Source: Nemertoderma westbladi (Eukaryota > Animalia > Xenacoelomorpha). From it: DNA of 64,000 nucleotides. The DNA lies in NCBI GenBank assembly GCA_032718475.1, contig JAUCBJ010001929.1, forward strand, positions 18,718-82,717. The letters are read 5' to 3'. The number at the start of each line of letters is the position of its first letter. Position 1 is the first letter of the stretch. The notes under the pieces are model-generated. The model was not told the DNA's origin. It saw only the letters and a program-made list of their open reading frames with translations, and searched no databases. Below are positions 25,136-37,921 of the stretch, in pieces. The translations under genes were made by a program, and so were the position numbers.

Positions 25136-26349
25136 CGATGAGTGCCACCATTCCCATCATTTGTACTTCTAGTGGGCTCGATGGATACTGTACAGATTCC
25201 CCTGCTGCTGGGTGCGGTTCGCCCGTTGGGCCTGTCGACGTCTTCTGCATTGGATATATCATTGGGGGTAACAGTCCCCACCATATCTCTGTACCACACA
25301 TTTTGTGATTGGTCCAAGGGGTTCGGGGTTTTTGTTCTTGGTTGAGTATATTGCTGATATTGTAATGGGGGAATGTCACCCTGCCCCCCCCCCCCCCCCC
25401 CAACGGTGTTATATTTGGTATTGGGGTTGATGTTACCATGTTAGGCCCCATACACATATCGGCAATAACTCCCCCCTCCCCTGGGTATATGTTCTATCCT
25501 TGCATATTATAGTCATACTGGTGTGCAGGTACTGGTATAGGCCTTTCCACCTCTTGCCTACATACCGGTATGTAGGCTGCGACTTCCGGATCTAATCCCG
25601 TTGTCCGCGCTACCCTATCGCCTACACTATCTCTTCCAGCATGGCCTATGGTATGTGCAGTAAGGCCTACAGTATGTCCTGCAGTCTGTCTGTGTCATTC
25701 TGGACCAAAGTTTAATCTTCTCGAATATTCCAAGAAGTCCTCCCCACGACCACCGTACTCTCGATCGGCAGCTACGTCCCATTGGGAAGTTTCTCTTCGA
25801 TCCCCTCTCCTGTCCTCGTCCTCGCACCGGTACATCCTGTACCCTTCTCCCGGTGTGTGGTATATCTCACCAGGCTGCGTCTCTCCGGGGCGATGGCAAT
25901 CTCCCGGAGTTCGACCCCACTGACTCTCTAACTCCACCTCTGCTACCGACGGTTCACTCTCTTCAATGTAGTGATCCGGCTCATGAGATCTCTCTTCGAC
26001 CTCCCGGATAAAACTCCACTGTTCTTCTTCCGTCTTCCGACTGGGCTCGACGTCCTGTCGCTCGCCCGCTTATGGCGCCAACGTCTCTCTCTCTACCCGG
26101 TTAGACGCTCCTGGGGATACTCGCAATCCCCCTACTATTCTCCGTCGTCGGGTGCGACAGTTCACCTAACTTGCCCCACGCATTGTCCGCCGACACTTGT
26201 GGGACATTCTCTGCCCCCCCCCCCCCTCTCGCCACTAATCTCTCGTGGTGGGGTGCACATAGCCCCCCCCCCCCCATTCGCCACCTCTTACTTCGCTACT
26301 TCCCACTTTGCTTTTACACCCCTCTCTATTCGACGCACTATCTCTACCC

Positions 26350-26800
26350 TGGTTGGGTCTACTCACCCCTGCCTCTCCCTGTGCGACTGCATGGCCTTGC
26401 AGGCTCCCGGTGGGTTGACTCACCCCCGCTACTCCATGTGCGACTGTGTGGCCTTGCAGGCTCTCGTTGGGTTGACTCACCCCCACTACTCCCTGTGTAA
26501 CTACGTGGCCTTGCAGGCTCTCGCTGGCCGGACCACCTGTCCCCCCTACTAATTAATTGTGCCGTTATTGATAAAATTATTTTGATTAATTTCCTCGGGA
26601 TTATTATCTAACGCAACATTGTTATCTAAATTATTTAAATTATTTTGTTCAGAACTAGGGCTATTATTTGGAATATTTTGCACATTTAAATTAGTATTAT
26701 TATTTGGATTATTTTGCACATTTAAATTAGTATTATTATTTGGATTATTTTGCACATTTAAATTAGTATTATTTGGATTATTTTACACATTTAAATCAGA
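26350..26800. repeat. 57-bp (x3) and 36-bp Asn-rich (x3-4) tandem repeats in the gag 5' region
   Basis: CCTTGCAGGCTC at 26395, 26452 and 26509. NNPNNNTNLNVQ repeats at ~26670-26800. Confidence 0.75.
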
Positions 26801-27140
26801 ATTATTATTACTGGGTAAAATATTATTTTCTGTAACAAAAGTTTGATTAGGGTTGTCTATTACAGTACTATTAATTCCTTATTATATGTATTATTATTAC
26901 CCCCCCTCCCCCCCGCTCGTACGGTTACACCAGTCCTGGGTCTGTCATCCGGTACCTGTGAGTGGGGTATTAACAAAGGTTTCCATTACTTCTGGTTCCT
27001 CGTAAATACTACCCGAACCAGCCTCACTCTCTGATAATCCCAACTTTGCCAGTTCTAACCGGCGCTTTTGCTTCGCTTGGTATTGCATAAGCCCCCTCAA
27101 CCGGGTATGCATATCATCCCGCATACGCTTTCCCGCTCTC

Positions 27141-27707
27141 TCACTCTCTCTCTCTGTCCTCTCTCAAACTTTGGTCGGCCAACTCACTCTCTCTCGCCTC
27201 CCGCTCTCTACGCTCGTTCGTTTCCCTCTCTACCCTCGCTCTCTCTTTCGCTTCTCGCTCCTCGCGCTCTTTTATCTCTCTCTCCTCCCGCTCCCTGCAG
27301 TTTCTTGCCACCCTCTCGGATCTCTCTTTACATTCCCTCGCTAACTCTCTCTCTAATAATGCAGTTCCCTCGTCTAGTTGCCTCTCCAACTCCTTCTGAT
27401 CCAGCGCCACAATGTCTAGTTGACACGCCTGATCTATCTCTAACACCCTTCTTGCTTTTGCGGAGGATGTAGCGGACTTATCGGTTGCGATGGACTCCCA
27501 TCGCCTCTCTGTCCTACTAACTTTCCCCCGCTTTCTGGGGTTCTCGCTAACCGACAACACCAAATCCTCAGGATTAGACTCGGGTTCGCCGTCGTGCGGG
27601 TCCGCCCATCCCACTAACTTAATTCCCCTACCATCCACTAAGTAAGGCCCTACGTACACTACGTCTGGCTCCATTACCCCGGTTCGCCACAATTCAAACA
27701 GTTCCAT
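27141..27707 (-). CDS. 5' ORF of the LTR element (probable gag N-terminus, ER-rich coiled coil)
   Basis: Strong Kozak context GTCGCCATGG at 27707 (MELFELW...), with a long ERE/REA coiled-coil tail. Confidence 0.5.
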   Translation of the reverse strand: MELFELWRTGVMEPDVVYVGPYLVDGRGIKLVGWADPHDGEPESNPEDLVLSVSENPRKRGKVSRTERRWESIATDKSATSSAKARRVLEIDQACQLDIVALDQKELERQLDEGTALLERELARECKERSERVARNCREREEREIKEREEREAKERARVERETNERREREARESELADQSLREDRERE

Positions 27708-27779
27708 GGCGACCCCCCTCGCTCTCTCACTCGCCAGTTCTCCCTGTCCAAAACGGACTAAATAACGAATAACGAATAA

Positions 27780-28098
27780 TTTCTTTTTTTCTGTATATAT
27801 TTTCCCGCTCAAATATTTATTGGTAAATGGATAGCCCACTATAAAAAGAAAGCTTCTGAATTGACAGATTCAAGAATAAAACTAATGAATGAAGTTATTA
27901 TGGGTATGCGAATCATCAAATTATATGCTTGGGAGAAGGCTTTCTGTAGAAGAATTAATAAATCACGTAATTCAGAAATAAAGGAGACACAAAAAACATA
28001 TTTCTGTGAAGGATTGTTAACTCGAGTGCCAGAAAGTTTCATTTTAATTGTCACATTCATCATCTTTGTTTCCCATAATTTCTTAGAAGGAGAAACAG
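27780..28098 (+). CDS. ABCC4-like copy 1, internal TMD1 exon (5' end truncated)
   Basis: FPAQIFIGKWIAHYKKKASELTDSRIKLMNEVIMGMRIIKLYAWEK. The donor G|GT at 28098/28099 is phase-compatible with the acceptor at 28993/28994. There is an upstream in-frame TAA at 27777 and no acceptor. Confidence 0.8.
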
Positions 28099-28309
28099 GT
28101 CCATATGCATCCAGACAGATTCAGAATGTCTTGTCAAAATTCAATTATATCATAATACCATGATAATTTTTATTGTCTCAAGTAATCAATAAAATAGGAT
28201 AATTGGGGTATTATTCTCCAGTACCACATAAACTTTATATGTATATGTAACTGGTACCACCATTTAATAGTCAAAGCCCTACAACTATTAAATATAAATA
28301 ACATATTAA

Positions 28310-28558
28310 TCATAGGAAGGGATCTAGGGGCCTTATAATAATCATATCATAGCAAACAGTTGGTCGAAGCTAGAGGCTCCTCTATCAATAACTTCTAGCG
28401 GTAAGTAGGGGTGGGCACTATTTCTATCCAAAGTATCTCCCAGTAATTACAAGTTTTAATCCCAGTAAAAGGAGTAAAAGACTGAGTTGACCCTGGCAAG
28501 TCTCGAACCTACAACCATTCATTCGATTGTAAGATCGGCAATCAAACCAAATGAACTA
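28310..28558 (-). mobile_element. tRNA-derived SINE with Deu/Nin-domain-like core, intronic
   Basis: On -: A box TAGTTCATTTGG, B box GGTTCGAGAC, then CAGGGTCAACTCAGTCTTTTACTCCTT, which resembles the conserved GGGTCAACTCAGCCTTTCATCC core. Confidence 0.65.
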
Positions 28559-28993
28559 ACCATATGATATATTTAATTCATTCATAATGAATGATTCCCT
28601 AATACAAAGGAATTAAAGAGATGATGTTATCTATCTGGGAGGATAAGTTAGGCTATTTGTAATATAAGGGAATCAATTAAATTACGAGCAAAGCAAGCAT
28701 CTAAAATTGCCTGGTATCCCAATCTGCAACATGGGAAATGACCTCCAACAGCAGTTTACTCTGCTAAGGGATAATATATATACATTTTCAGATATATTAG
28801 TTATATTTATATATTTCTTATATATATATTATTTATCAAATAAATTCTGCATAATATCATTCATTTCAAATAACTTCTGAATAATTTTCATAGTTGATAT
28901 GCCCTATCAACATATCGCATATCAACATATCAACATATAGTTTGTGGAGATAGATGGCTGGATGCATGTGACTCTAAATTGTCCATTACTTAG

Positions 28994-31900
28994 GAAATGA
29001 ACTAAATCCAACAACAGTTTTTCCAATTATGAGTCTTTTATATGTTCTTAATCAGTTTGTAAACATACTGGGCTTGAAAGGGGCTATGCTTTCTATAAGA
29101 ATTCGGGTTTCATTACAGCGAATTGAGAATTTACTTCTCAGAGATTTAAAGGAGCCAACAACTATTGCCTACAATGTAAGCGGCAAAAATGAAATCTTAC
29201 TTGGCCCTTCACCTTCATCTTCAAATGAAATTCCAGAAAATATAAGTAATAGCACATCATGTATAACTAACAGAGGAACTTTAGTACTGGATTCCGTATG
29301 CTCTCGTTATAGTGTCAAAAATTTGAGTTCCTATGCCAATGTGAATATAAATCTAATGGCAAATTCCTCAGAACTTATTTGCATTGTTGGCCCTGTTGGG
29401 TCTGGGAAGTCGTCTTTGTTGAATACAATCCTTGGAGAATTACCTTTAGTATCTGGGAGAATCCAAGTTGGTGGTAAACTTAGCTATAGTCCACAAAGTG
29501 GTTGGGTATTTTCGGGTACAGTGATGGAGAATGTTGTATTTGGAGAAGAGTTTATTGAGGATAAATATTATAAAGTCATAAAAGTTTGTGAACTTGAAGA
29601 TGATATTGGTAGTTTTCCAGAGGGACACAATTCCTTGGTTGGTGAACGTGGATTAGCATTATCAGGGGGTCAACGGGCTAGAATATCATTAGCTAGAGCT
29701 GTTTATGCTGATGCAGATATTTATCTTCTTGATGATCCACTTTCAGCTGTTGATACGAATGTTGGCGCTTGTTTGTTTGAAAGGTGCATTAGGGGATATT
29801 TGAAAGAAAAAACAGTGATCTTGGCAACACACCAAATTCAATATTTGCAACAATCTACTAGAGTTCTTGCACTTGATAAAGGAAAGTCTGTGATATATGG
29901 AAAATATATAGATGTTTACAATTATCTGAATCAACACCATATATTTCACATTATTGAAAATAAAATACAGAAAGATATAGCAGATAATGTAACTCCTCAG
30001 TTCAAACTTATGAGTACTGAAAGGATTAGCACATTGAAAGGTTCATCTACAACAAGTAATCCAAATATAAATATGGGTTATTATATTTACTATATAAAAG
30101 CAACAGGTTTCACTTTATTATTTGCTGCATTGCCATTGGCACTTCTAGTACAAATAAGTACAATGATGTGCGATTGGTGGTTAGCACAATGGGCAATTTA
30201 TGGAGATGCCATAGACTCTGCTTTTCTGTACAATAATTCAAATACCCTTTATTTTGCCAATGGTTCCTATATAAATAATAATAATAACAATATCATATTA
30301 GCTATTGATTCAACTTCTGTAATGTTATCATTATTTTACTATTTCATAACTAGTGTACTAATGTTGCCATTTGAGCAAAATTATATCATTGCTGTTTATG
30401 GCTGCTTAATCTTCATCTCTGTAATTTTCACTGGGATATCTGTGGTTGTCACAATTAGAACACTGTTAAGGGCTGCCTGTCGATTGCATAATGACATGTT
30501 TCAGAGGATAATGTATGCCACATGTTATTTCTTTGACACAAACAGTGTTGGTGATATTCTAAATAAATTTTCGAAGGATATTGGTATAATAGATAATTTA
30601 CTCCTGCAAAGACTGAATGAAGTGATTCGCTATGGCATCAGATGTTTTTGCATTGTTGTATTTGTGATTATCATGAATCCATATATGTTGATTCCTGTAT
30701 TTCCATTGGCTATTATCTTAATAACTCAGAGACACTTTTATGTACGGACATCAAAACAAGTTAAAAAAATTGAGGGATCACTTCGCACTCCAATATTCCA
30801 CCACATATCCGTTTCATTGGAGGGACTGAGTGTCATTCGAGCACTAGATGCAAGAAAGCGATTTGAATATGAATTATATGGTCATTTAGATGCTCATTCT
30901 CGTGTTTCGATTGTTTATATACTTGTTGGTAGATGGTTTGGCTTCTCAATTGATGCATTTTGCAACATATTTATAACATTTACGGCACTTACAGCTGTGC
31001 TCAGGTCTGATAGTTTGGATCCAGGATCAGTTGGTTTATCACTTACATATTCATTCGCTACCATGATGATGTTTCAGTACTTGGTAAGAACGATTACTGA
31101 GGTTGAAGAGCTTATGACATCAGTTGGAAGAGTTTATAACTATACAAAAGTGGATCAAGAGAAAAGTATCATAACATGTGTTAAACCTAATCTTCTATCA
31201 AATATATTTGTCAACAATCCATCGATCCACTTTCAAGAACTCTGTTTATCATACCATGAATCGCTGCCACAAGTTTTAATAAATGTTTCTTTTAATGTCA
31301 ATGCCAGAGAAAAAATAGGAATTGTTGGACGTACTGGTGCAGGAAAGAGTTCGTTAACAGCTGCATTGTTCCAACTAACTGAAACAACTGGTTCTTTGAT
31401 GATTGGTGGTACTGATGTGACCAAAGTGAATCTCAATGATCTCAGAAAATGTATTTCAATTATTCCTCAAGATCCTGTATTATTCTCTGGAACTCTGCGA
31501 TATAATCTTGACCCTTTTAAAGAATTCTCCGATGCAGATATTTGGATGACATTGGGTGATGTAAAGCTTGATAAAGCTGTTAGGGAAAGGACAGCAAGTA
31601 TTCTGGAAAATCATGTTGCACTTTTCAAACATAAAACTAAAAAAAAAGAAAATGAAATATTGATAAACTCATCTTTAACTATAAATATTGATAATGTTGG
31701 ATTAAATTCCAAAGTAATTGAGTATGGTGCTAATTTTAGTGTTGGTGAGAGACAACTAATCTGTCTCGCTAGAGCTATGCTGAGGAAGAATAAGATAATT
31801 GTTGTGGATGAAGCTACAGCCAATGTTGATAATAAAACTGATTTGGTTATTCAAGAGACAATAAGAAGTAAGTTTACTGACTGTACCGTTCTTACTATCG

Positions 31901-32046
31901 CCCACAGACTTAATACTGTCATGGACTCAGATAAGATCTTAGTAATGGATGGTGGAAGGGTTGTTGAATTTGGTACCCCTGATGAATTGATGGCTAATGA
32001 AACTGGTCATTTTTCTGCTCTGTTGAGAAAACCAGTAAATTTATAA
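28994..32046 (+). CDS. ABCC4/MRP4-like transporter copy 1, large terminal exon (TM6-NBD1-TMD2-NBD2)
   Basis: Acceptor TTAG|G. NBD1 has GPVGSGKS, LSGGQRARISLARAVY and YLLDDP (degenerate). NBD2 has GRTGAGKS, IIPQDPVLF, FSVGERQ, VVDEATA and TIAHRL. The ORF is uninterrupted. Confidence 0.95.
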
Positions 32047-33612
32047 ATATTTATGCTTTATACCAGATGTATTGGTTTAAAAGAAGATATAAAAATTAAA
32101 GACATTTATAATGATAATTTATATTCAATTAATAATTTGTTGTAAATTTAATTCAATCTAATCTTAAATTATTATCTGCTGGAATAATTTAACTCTTCCT
32201 GAAAAATATTAACAGTTTACGTTTATACAGAACCTTTGTATAAAGTTATAATGATAATAGTAGTGAATGTACACTTTTAATATTCTAAACCCTTTTCGCA
32301 ATCGGAGGCGTAGCGAGGGGGGGGGGGGGGGGGTCTCAGGAATTCGTAGCCCGCGATTATTCTTAGCCTGCAAAACAATAAAGTTTATTGTTTTGGTTCC
32401 CACAATACGCCTCTGAAACCTGCTCCTTTACTAACATGTTCCTTTACTAACTCGCGGACTAAGAATACCCGTGGGCTAAGAATACTCACGGGCTAAGAAT
32501 TCACCCAACCCGAGTGGGGGTGGGGGTGGTGGTCTTTCCCCAGGCACATTCACACATTGGCGCAGTTGCCACCCAAAAATGTTATTTGCTGGCTTCGCCC
32601 ACCATTCAATATATTATATGTGCACTCTATCATACTACTGTATCAATAGAATTGATATATTGCTGCATTTTCTTGGATAACTAATTGACTCAATTTTTGA
32701 TGCTCCCAAATTTTGGATAATAAAAATTTGTAAAATGTAAAATGACTAACTTTTAACATTGTCAATGGTGTTTTATAAGTTGCTTAATTGAATGACAGAA
32801 ATTACTATATTTAAATTTATCAATACGCAATTTACATCTAAATTTCAATGAAAATAATGCGAGTATGATCATTTATTGAAAGCATTTCTGGAAAGCTGAT
32901 TCAAACTGGGGCACTTTAACAACGTGATACTCATGACGGCTGTGCCATTTATTGCTACCCAAATTGCATTCACAACCCAAAAATCCAAAAAAAAGAATTA
33001 AGAAAATTAAAAATTTTGAAAAAAATAACTTACGGGCACCACTTGGAATGAAAACTACATAAATTAGAGTTATGTTTTTTCTTACTTTTAATATGACTTT
33101 ACGGAATTCTATAAAAATATTGGACTGAACAATATTGAATTTCCTAGTAACATCAATTAAAAGCCATATTCTACATATCTTTATAGTAAGTAAGAGTTAT
33201 GATAATATCATATTGTTGAAATAAAGGTGGATAAAATTAATCTGTACTACTACCTATAATACCTATACTACTACTGGTATCGTCATACTGCATTGCAGGT
33301 ACATTATATATATATATTAAGAAGGCTATATCGCCTCAGAAATCGGCCATGTCTCAAGAAAATTTATGACTTATCCCAAAGAAGAACGTAAAAATAGACA
33401 ATGAATACATGCAATCATTGATAAGCTGATGAAACACTCATATAATAATAAATTGTATCCTATGCTATTGCACCATATGCTCCTATAAACTTGCCCATAT
33501 TGTGTATTTTAAACCTTTGCATACCAAACCTATTTTATATATCCCTAGCTGGAACCTAAACAATTTACCTCATTTATGCTTTATTTCATATGATTTTGAG
33601 CTCAATATATAT

Positions 33613-33838
33613 CAGGGTTGCCACTCAATTTCAGTTTCAATTTTCCCTGACTTTTTGAAACATTTCCCTGTCTGAAGTTTATATATGAATTCTATCTATA
33701 ATTTTATCTTCTTTAAAAATTCAGACTTTATATTTAGTGATGTGAGGAAATGAAATGGTGAGCGAAGAGAGCAAAATTTTTTCACATATTTTCGCTTAGT
33801 TATGACACATTTCCTGTATATATCTAAATCCCTGACTA
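33613..33838. mobile_element. hAT-like MITE fragment; inverted copy at ~38050-38315
   Basis: Starts CAGGGTTGCCACTC and carries TTCCCTGAC subterminal motifs. Its reverse complement recurs at 38105-38315. Confidence 0.5.
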
Positions 33839-33839
33839 T

Positions 33840-35100
33840 ATACCCGATATATTTCAACTCACCGATTGGTTGGTTATCTTGGGGCCCCATATAATTCAAC
33901 TCACTGATTGGTTGGTTATCTCGGGGCCCGAGATAATTCAACTCATTATTAAGTCGGGGTCCGAGATAATTAAACTCACTGATTGGTTCGTCTATCTCGG
34001 GGCCCGAGATAATTAAATGCACTGATTGTTAGGGTATATCAGGGCCCGAGTTATTAAGTTGTGGTCCGAGATAATTCAATTCACTGATTGGTTGGTTATC
34101 TTAGGGCCCGAGATAATTCAACGCAATGATTAGTTGGTTATCTCGGGGCCCGAGTTATTAAGTCGGAGCCCGATATAATTCAACTCACTGATTGGTAGGG
34201 TATCTCGGGGCCCGAGATAATTCAACTCACTGATTGGTTGGTTATCTTGGGGCCCGAGATACAGTAATTAAACACACTGATTGGTAGGTTATCTCAGGGC
34301 CCGAGTAATTAATTAATTCGGGGTCCGAGATAATTCAACTCACTGATTGGTTGGTTATCTCAGGGCCCGAGTTAATAAGTCGGGGCCCGAGATAATTCAA
34401 CGCAGTGATTGGTTGGTTATCTCGGGGCCTGAGATAATTAAGGGGGGTACACCATTTTCGAACAACTCTTCGATTTATCACTCTCAGCGTTTCAAAATTG
34501 TTTGGTTTTGGCTAAAATTTTGAATATAGGTGCCTAAGATGCTATTCTACATGACAGGTCAGAAAAAAAATTTTTTCGTTATTTAATATTAGTACTATTA
34601 TTATTAATATTATTAGTAATATTAGTAATGTTATTAGTATTACTCAAAAATTGCTCAAAAATTGTAGAAGTAGTAGGGTTTTGAAGTTGACAATTTCATA
34701 AAAAAAATATTTGGAGATAATCGACCTTTCATTATACATAGTAATAGTAATTTCAATAGGATTCCCTAAATGGAAATTGTTATAACTTGAAAACTAAAAG
34801 AGTTATTAAATAGCGGTTTTCAGATTTCGAAACACCATTCAATGGTGCATTATAGTAGACCATAAAAAAATTTCGACATATTTTGGACCAAAATGGTGTA
34901 CCCCCCCCCCCCTTAAACTCACTGATTGGTTGGTTATCTCAGGGCCCGAGATAATTTAACACACTGATTGGTAGGATATCTCGGGGACCGAGATAATTAA
35001 ACACACTGATTGGTAGGCTATCTCGCGGCCCGAGTTATTTCTGATATGATAATTTTATTTAGTTTATTATGATAATTCAATACACTGATTGGTTGCTTAT
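33840..35100. repeat. 42/62-bp CCAAT-box satellite (short array)
   Basis: Monomer CTGATTGGTTGGTTATCTCGGGGCCCGAGATAATTCAACTCA. Confidence 0.95.
34442..34912. mobile_element. TTAA-flanked MITE, Kolobok-like
   Basis: TIRs GGGGGGTACACCATTTT / AAAATGGTGTACCCCCC with a TTAA duplication (34438-41, 34913-16). Removing it restores a satellite monomer. Purine termini with TTAA fit Kolobok rather than piggyBac. Confidence 0.85.
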
Positions 35101-35152
35101 CTTGTTAAACGTTTGGCAGACTACATCGTCCCTTTCATTTAGAAACCACCTA

Positions 35153-36311
35153 CAGTCTGAAGCTACAGACCTGTTCTTTGAGATTTTCTCAAAGTTTTTC
35201 TAAAAGTGTCTAAAAGTCATTACATTACTCCCAACGGCCGCTTTGAATTCTTGTAGACACTTTTAGTTTGGAATCTCAAAGTGATTTCCTGCTTTTAGGC
35301 ACTTTGAATTCTTTGCGAAATATCACTTTGAGGTAGTTTACGGCACTTTGATTTCTTTGAGAAAATAAACTCCGAGGTATTCCTGATTGCCAGCTCGTGG
35401 TAAGTTAACAGATTCAGAGGCATTCTCGGGGAACAATATCATGCGGGCAACAAAGTGATACTTGTGGGCTGGCCAGTTGTTGGCTAGAAGCTATTCCCAT
35501 AAATTTATAACATTGAGGTTCCTGAGGCCATTACGGGATGGGTTTTCGGTCGCAAGTACAAATTGAATTTACGGCACCCTTTGACAAGCATTCTACCGCC
35601 CCCCCCCCCCCCACCCACCCCTTCTATTTGGAAATAATAACCTTTTATAAAAGTCTTTCTAAAAAACATTCTTAAAAATCAAATAATACATGAAACATAA
35701 TTAGTGAAACAAGATTAATGCTTGACAAGATTGATTAATTTAATAATAACATAATACAATATAAGATTAACAATTAATATAAGAGAAACTGCACTGCATT
35801 TTCTCTGTGTATACGCAGTTTCATTATAATGACCTGAAGAAGCCCTGTTGGGAGAAAGTTATAATAACTTTTGTTATTGATTTCATTAGTCACCTGAGGT
35901 CAAACCGTTCTACCTAACTGTTTAATATGATAACTACGGTGACGAGAGCGCGAGAATTCATTCTTAAAAACTAAGAAAGGCTTTCAACTTTCAAGTAGGA
36001 TAGAACGGCTACACTCTTGTGTTGTTTTAACTTAATAGAGATATTAAAATATCCCCTGCCCCCAGTATTTTTTGGAGGCATTTTTATTGTTTCATAGAGG
36101 TTTTTATTACTTATATTTTACCCTTCAGTCAAAGTCAATATACCCCATACCATAGCCAGCTTCAGGCAGGACTGTATGAAATGACTGACAGTACTACTTT
36201 GAAATATTTGAGGACACTTTGTCATTTTCTTAGACCACTTTTAGAACTTTGAGACACTTTTAGTTCTTTGAGAAAATCTCAAAGAACAGATGCACTTTGA
36301 GACCCCGACTG
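35153..36311. mobile_element. Non-autonomous TA-flanked (Tc1/mariner-like) element with imperfect TIRs
   Basis: TA-CAGTC(T/G)G...CCGACTG-TA, with CTGTTCTTTGAGATTTTCTCAAAG inverted near both ends. A second, expanded copy is at 55053-59861. Confidence 0.7.
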
Positions 36312-37921
36312 TACATCTAAATTTCAATGAAAATAATGCGAGTATGATCATTTATCGAAAGCATTTCTGGAAACCTGATTCAATCCGGGACACTTTAACC
36401 ACATGAAAGCTGTCACACAACCTAAAAATATTTTTTTAATTATTAAGTATAACTACAGTACCAATGTTTTATGATCTTTTACTCAATTTAGAGTCATGGA
36501 AAACCCTGAAGAAAGTAGATACACAATTATTTTGTGGAAATTCTAAAAATTTTATTTTTGGGTGCATTTTCCCGTTTTCTTCCATTTGATTTGCAGTATC
36601 AAGGGGGGAAAACTCCAAGGCTTGACTCGTAGGCTTGACTTCCGCTAAGACCGAACCACTAACAATCAGTGAAACTGTTAGGATGAACTTCATTAAAAAC
36701 TGCTACAGCAACAGTAACTGTGGAAGTTTCATATCTAAACATAAATGTATCTTGTCTTATTTTAATGTCGTTTGATCTTCTGTTCGATGCCTGGTTGTGC
36801 TGCAAATACATTTTATTGACTCAATTATCCCGAGACCATCAATGATCATTACCATATTCTTGTGTTGTTATAATATTAAGCCATATGTTTTAACCATCAC
36901 AATTATTATCTACCATCTCATTAGCATGATTGTTTTACCGTAAACACAGCGGGAGTTTTATGTCTAAATATAAACGTGGTTTTTGACGCAATCTGAGTAG
37001 CGAACTACCCATAAATAAATTATATGTTTCAGTATCTATAAACATTGGTTTTATAATTGTATAGTATAAGTTGAGTATTATTGTAATTCCCCATGTATCC
37101 CACTGTCTACTGTAACCTTACTTTACCCATACTTTATATTACCGTTATAGTAGTTCTTTCTGTTAATTTCTAATATTTTTAAATATTCGGCAAATTTTCC
37201 AAATTAAACTTAAATTGACATACATTCTTAATTATTTACATAAAAAATTCTGAAAATCAAGAATATAAACATAATTTTCCTCCGAAACCACAAAAATTAG
37301 TAACTAATTAGTAACATAAACGACCCTGCCCAGGCCGCCCAGGCGGGCTCTTATTCGAGTAAATGCGGTATTTTAATATCATACGTTAAATGTAGAACCT
37401 ATTCATATAATACAAAACTCAAAACAGAAATATCACTAAGAATTCTGTAATTCGAAAAAATAAGTAAACTTCAATTATACCTTTGATATCAGCTTTTATT
37501 AATATAATAAATAATAATATAATAAACCGAATAAAGTACTAAGCAATGTTAATTAAATATTTAATTGCTCATAAAAATTTACAACATAATCATTGATTTT
37601 AATGATATGTCCACGTTGTTACCAGGGAGACCATGTTTCACTGCATCATCCTCCAGTGCATTGTAATCATATTCCGAATTGAAAACACTTCCTCCATACT
37701 GGGTACCATGGACTCATCTACTGTAGGCCTCTAGGACATCTTAGAGTAGTTTTACAGTTTTATTTTTGTTCATCTACCATAATCATTTTAGCTTCAACCA
37801 TGTATTAATTATTTTACAAGTAGTCAGATCATCTTAAATGACATAATTATTATTAATATGTTTTTTTTATGCCAATACTTAGAGATAAATCCAAAGATAT
37901 GTATTTATCTATATATTGATT

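Larger units (their letters stand above)
18646..27779 (-). mobile_element. Large Bel/Pao-derived LTR element: gag-protease, no RT/RNaseH/IN, extra 3' ORF; 5' LTR absent
   Basis: 3' LTR, PPT, Bel gag and protease motifs are all on the - strand. The GC-rich body ends abruptly against an ABCC exon at ~27780. Confidence 0.8.

Noticed and set aside
27708-27839. N-terminal extension of ORF 27141-27839
   Set aside because: A chimeric read-through from the antisense strand of the ABCC exon across the junction.
33426-33440. CTGATGA hammerhead-like core
   Set aside because: No stem II or downstream GAAA.
37321-37361. Helitron-like 3' end (GC hairpin then CGAGT)
   Set aside because: The terminus is not CTRR, and no 5' end or second copy is visible.
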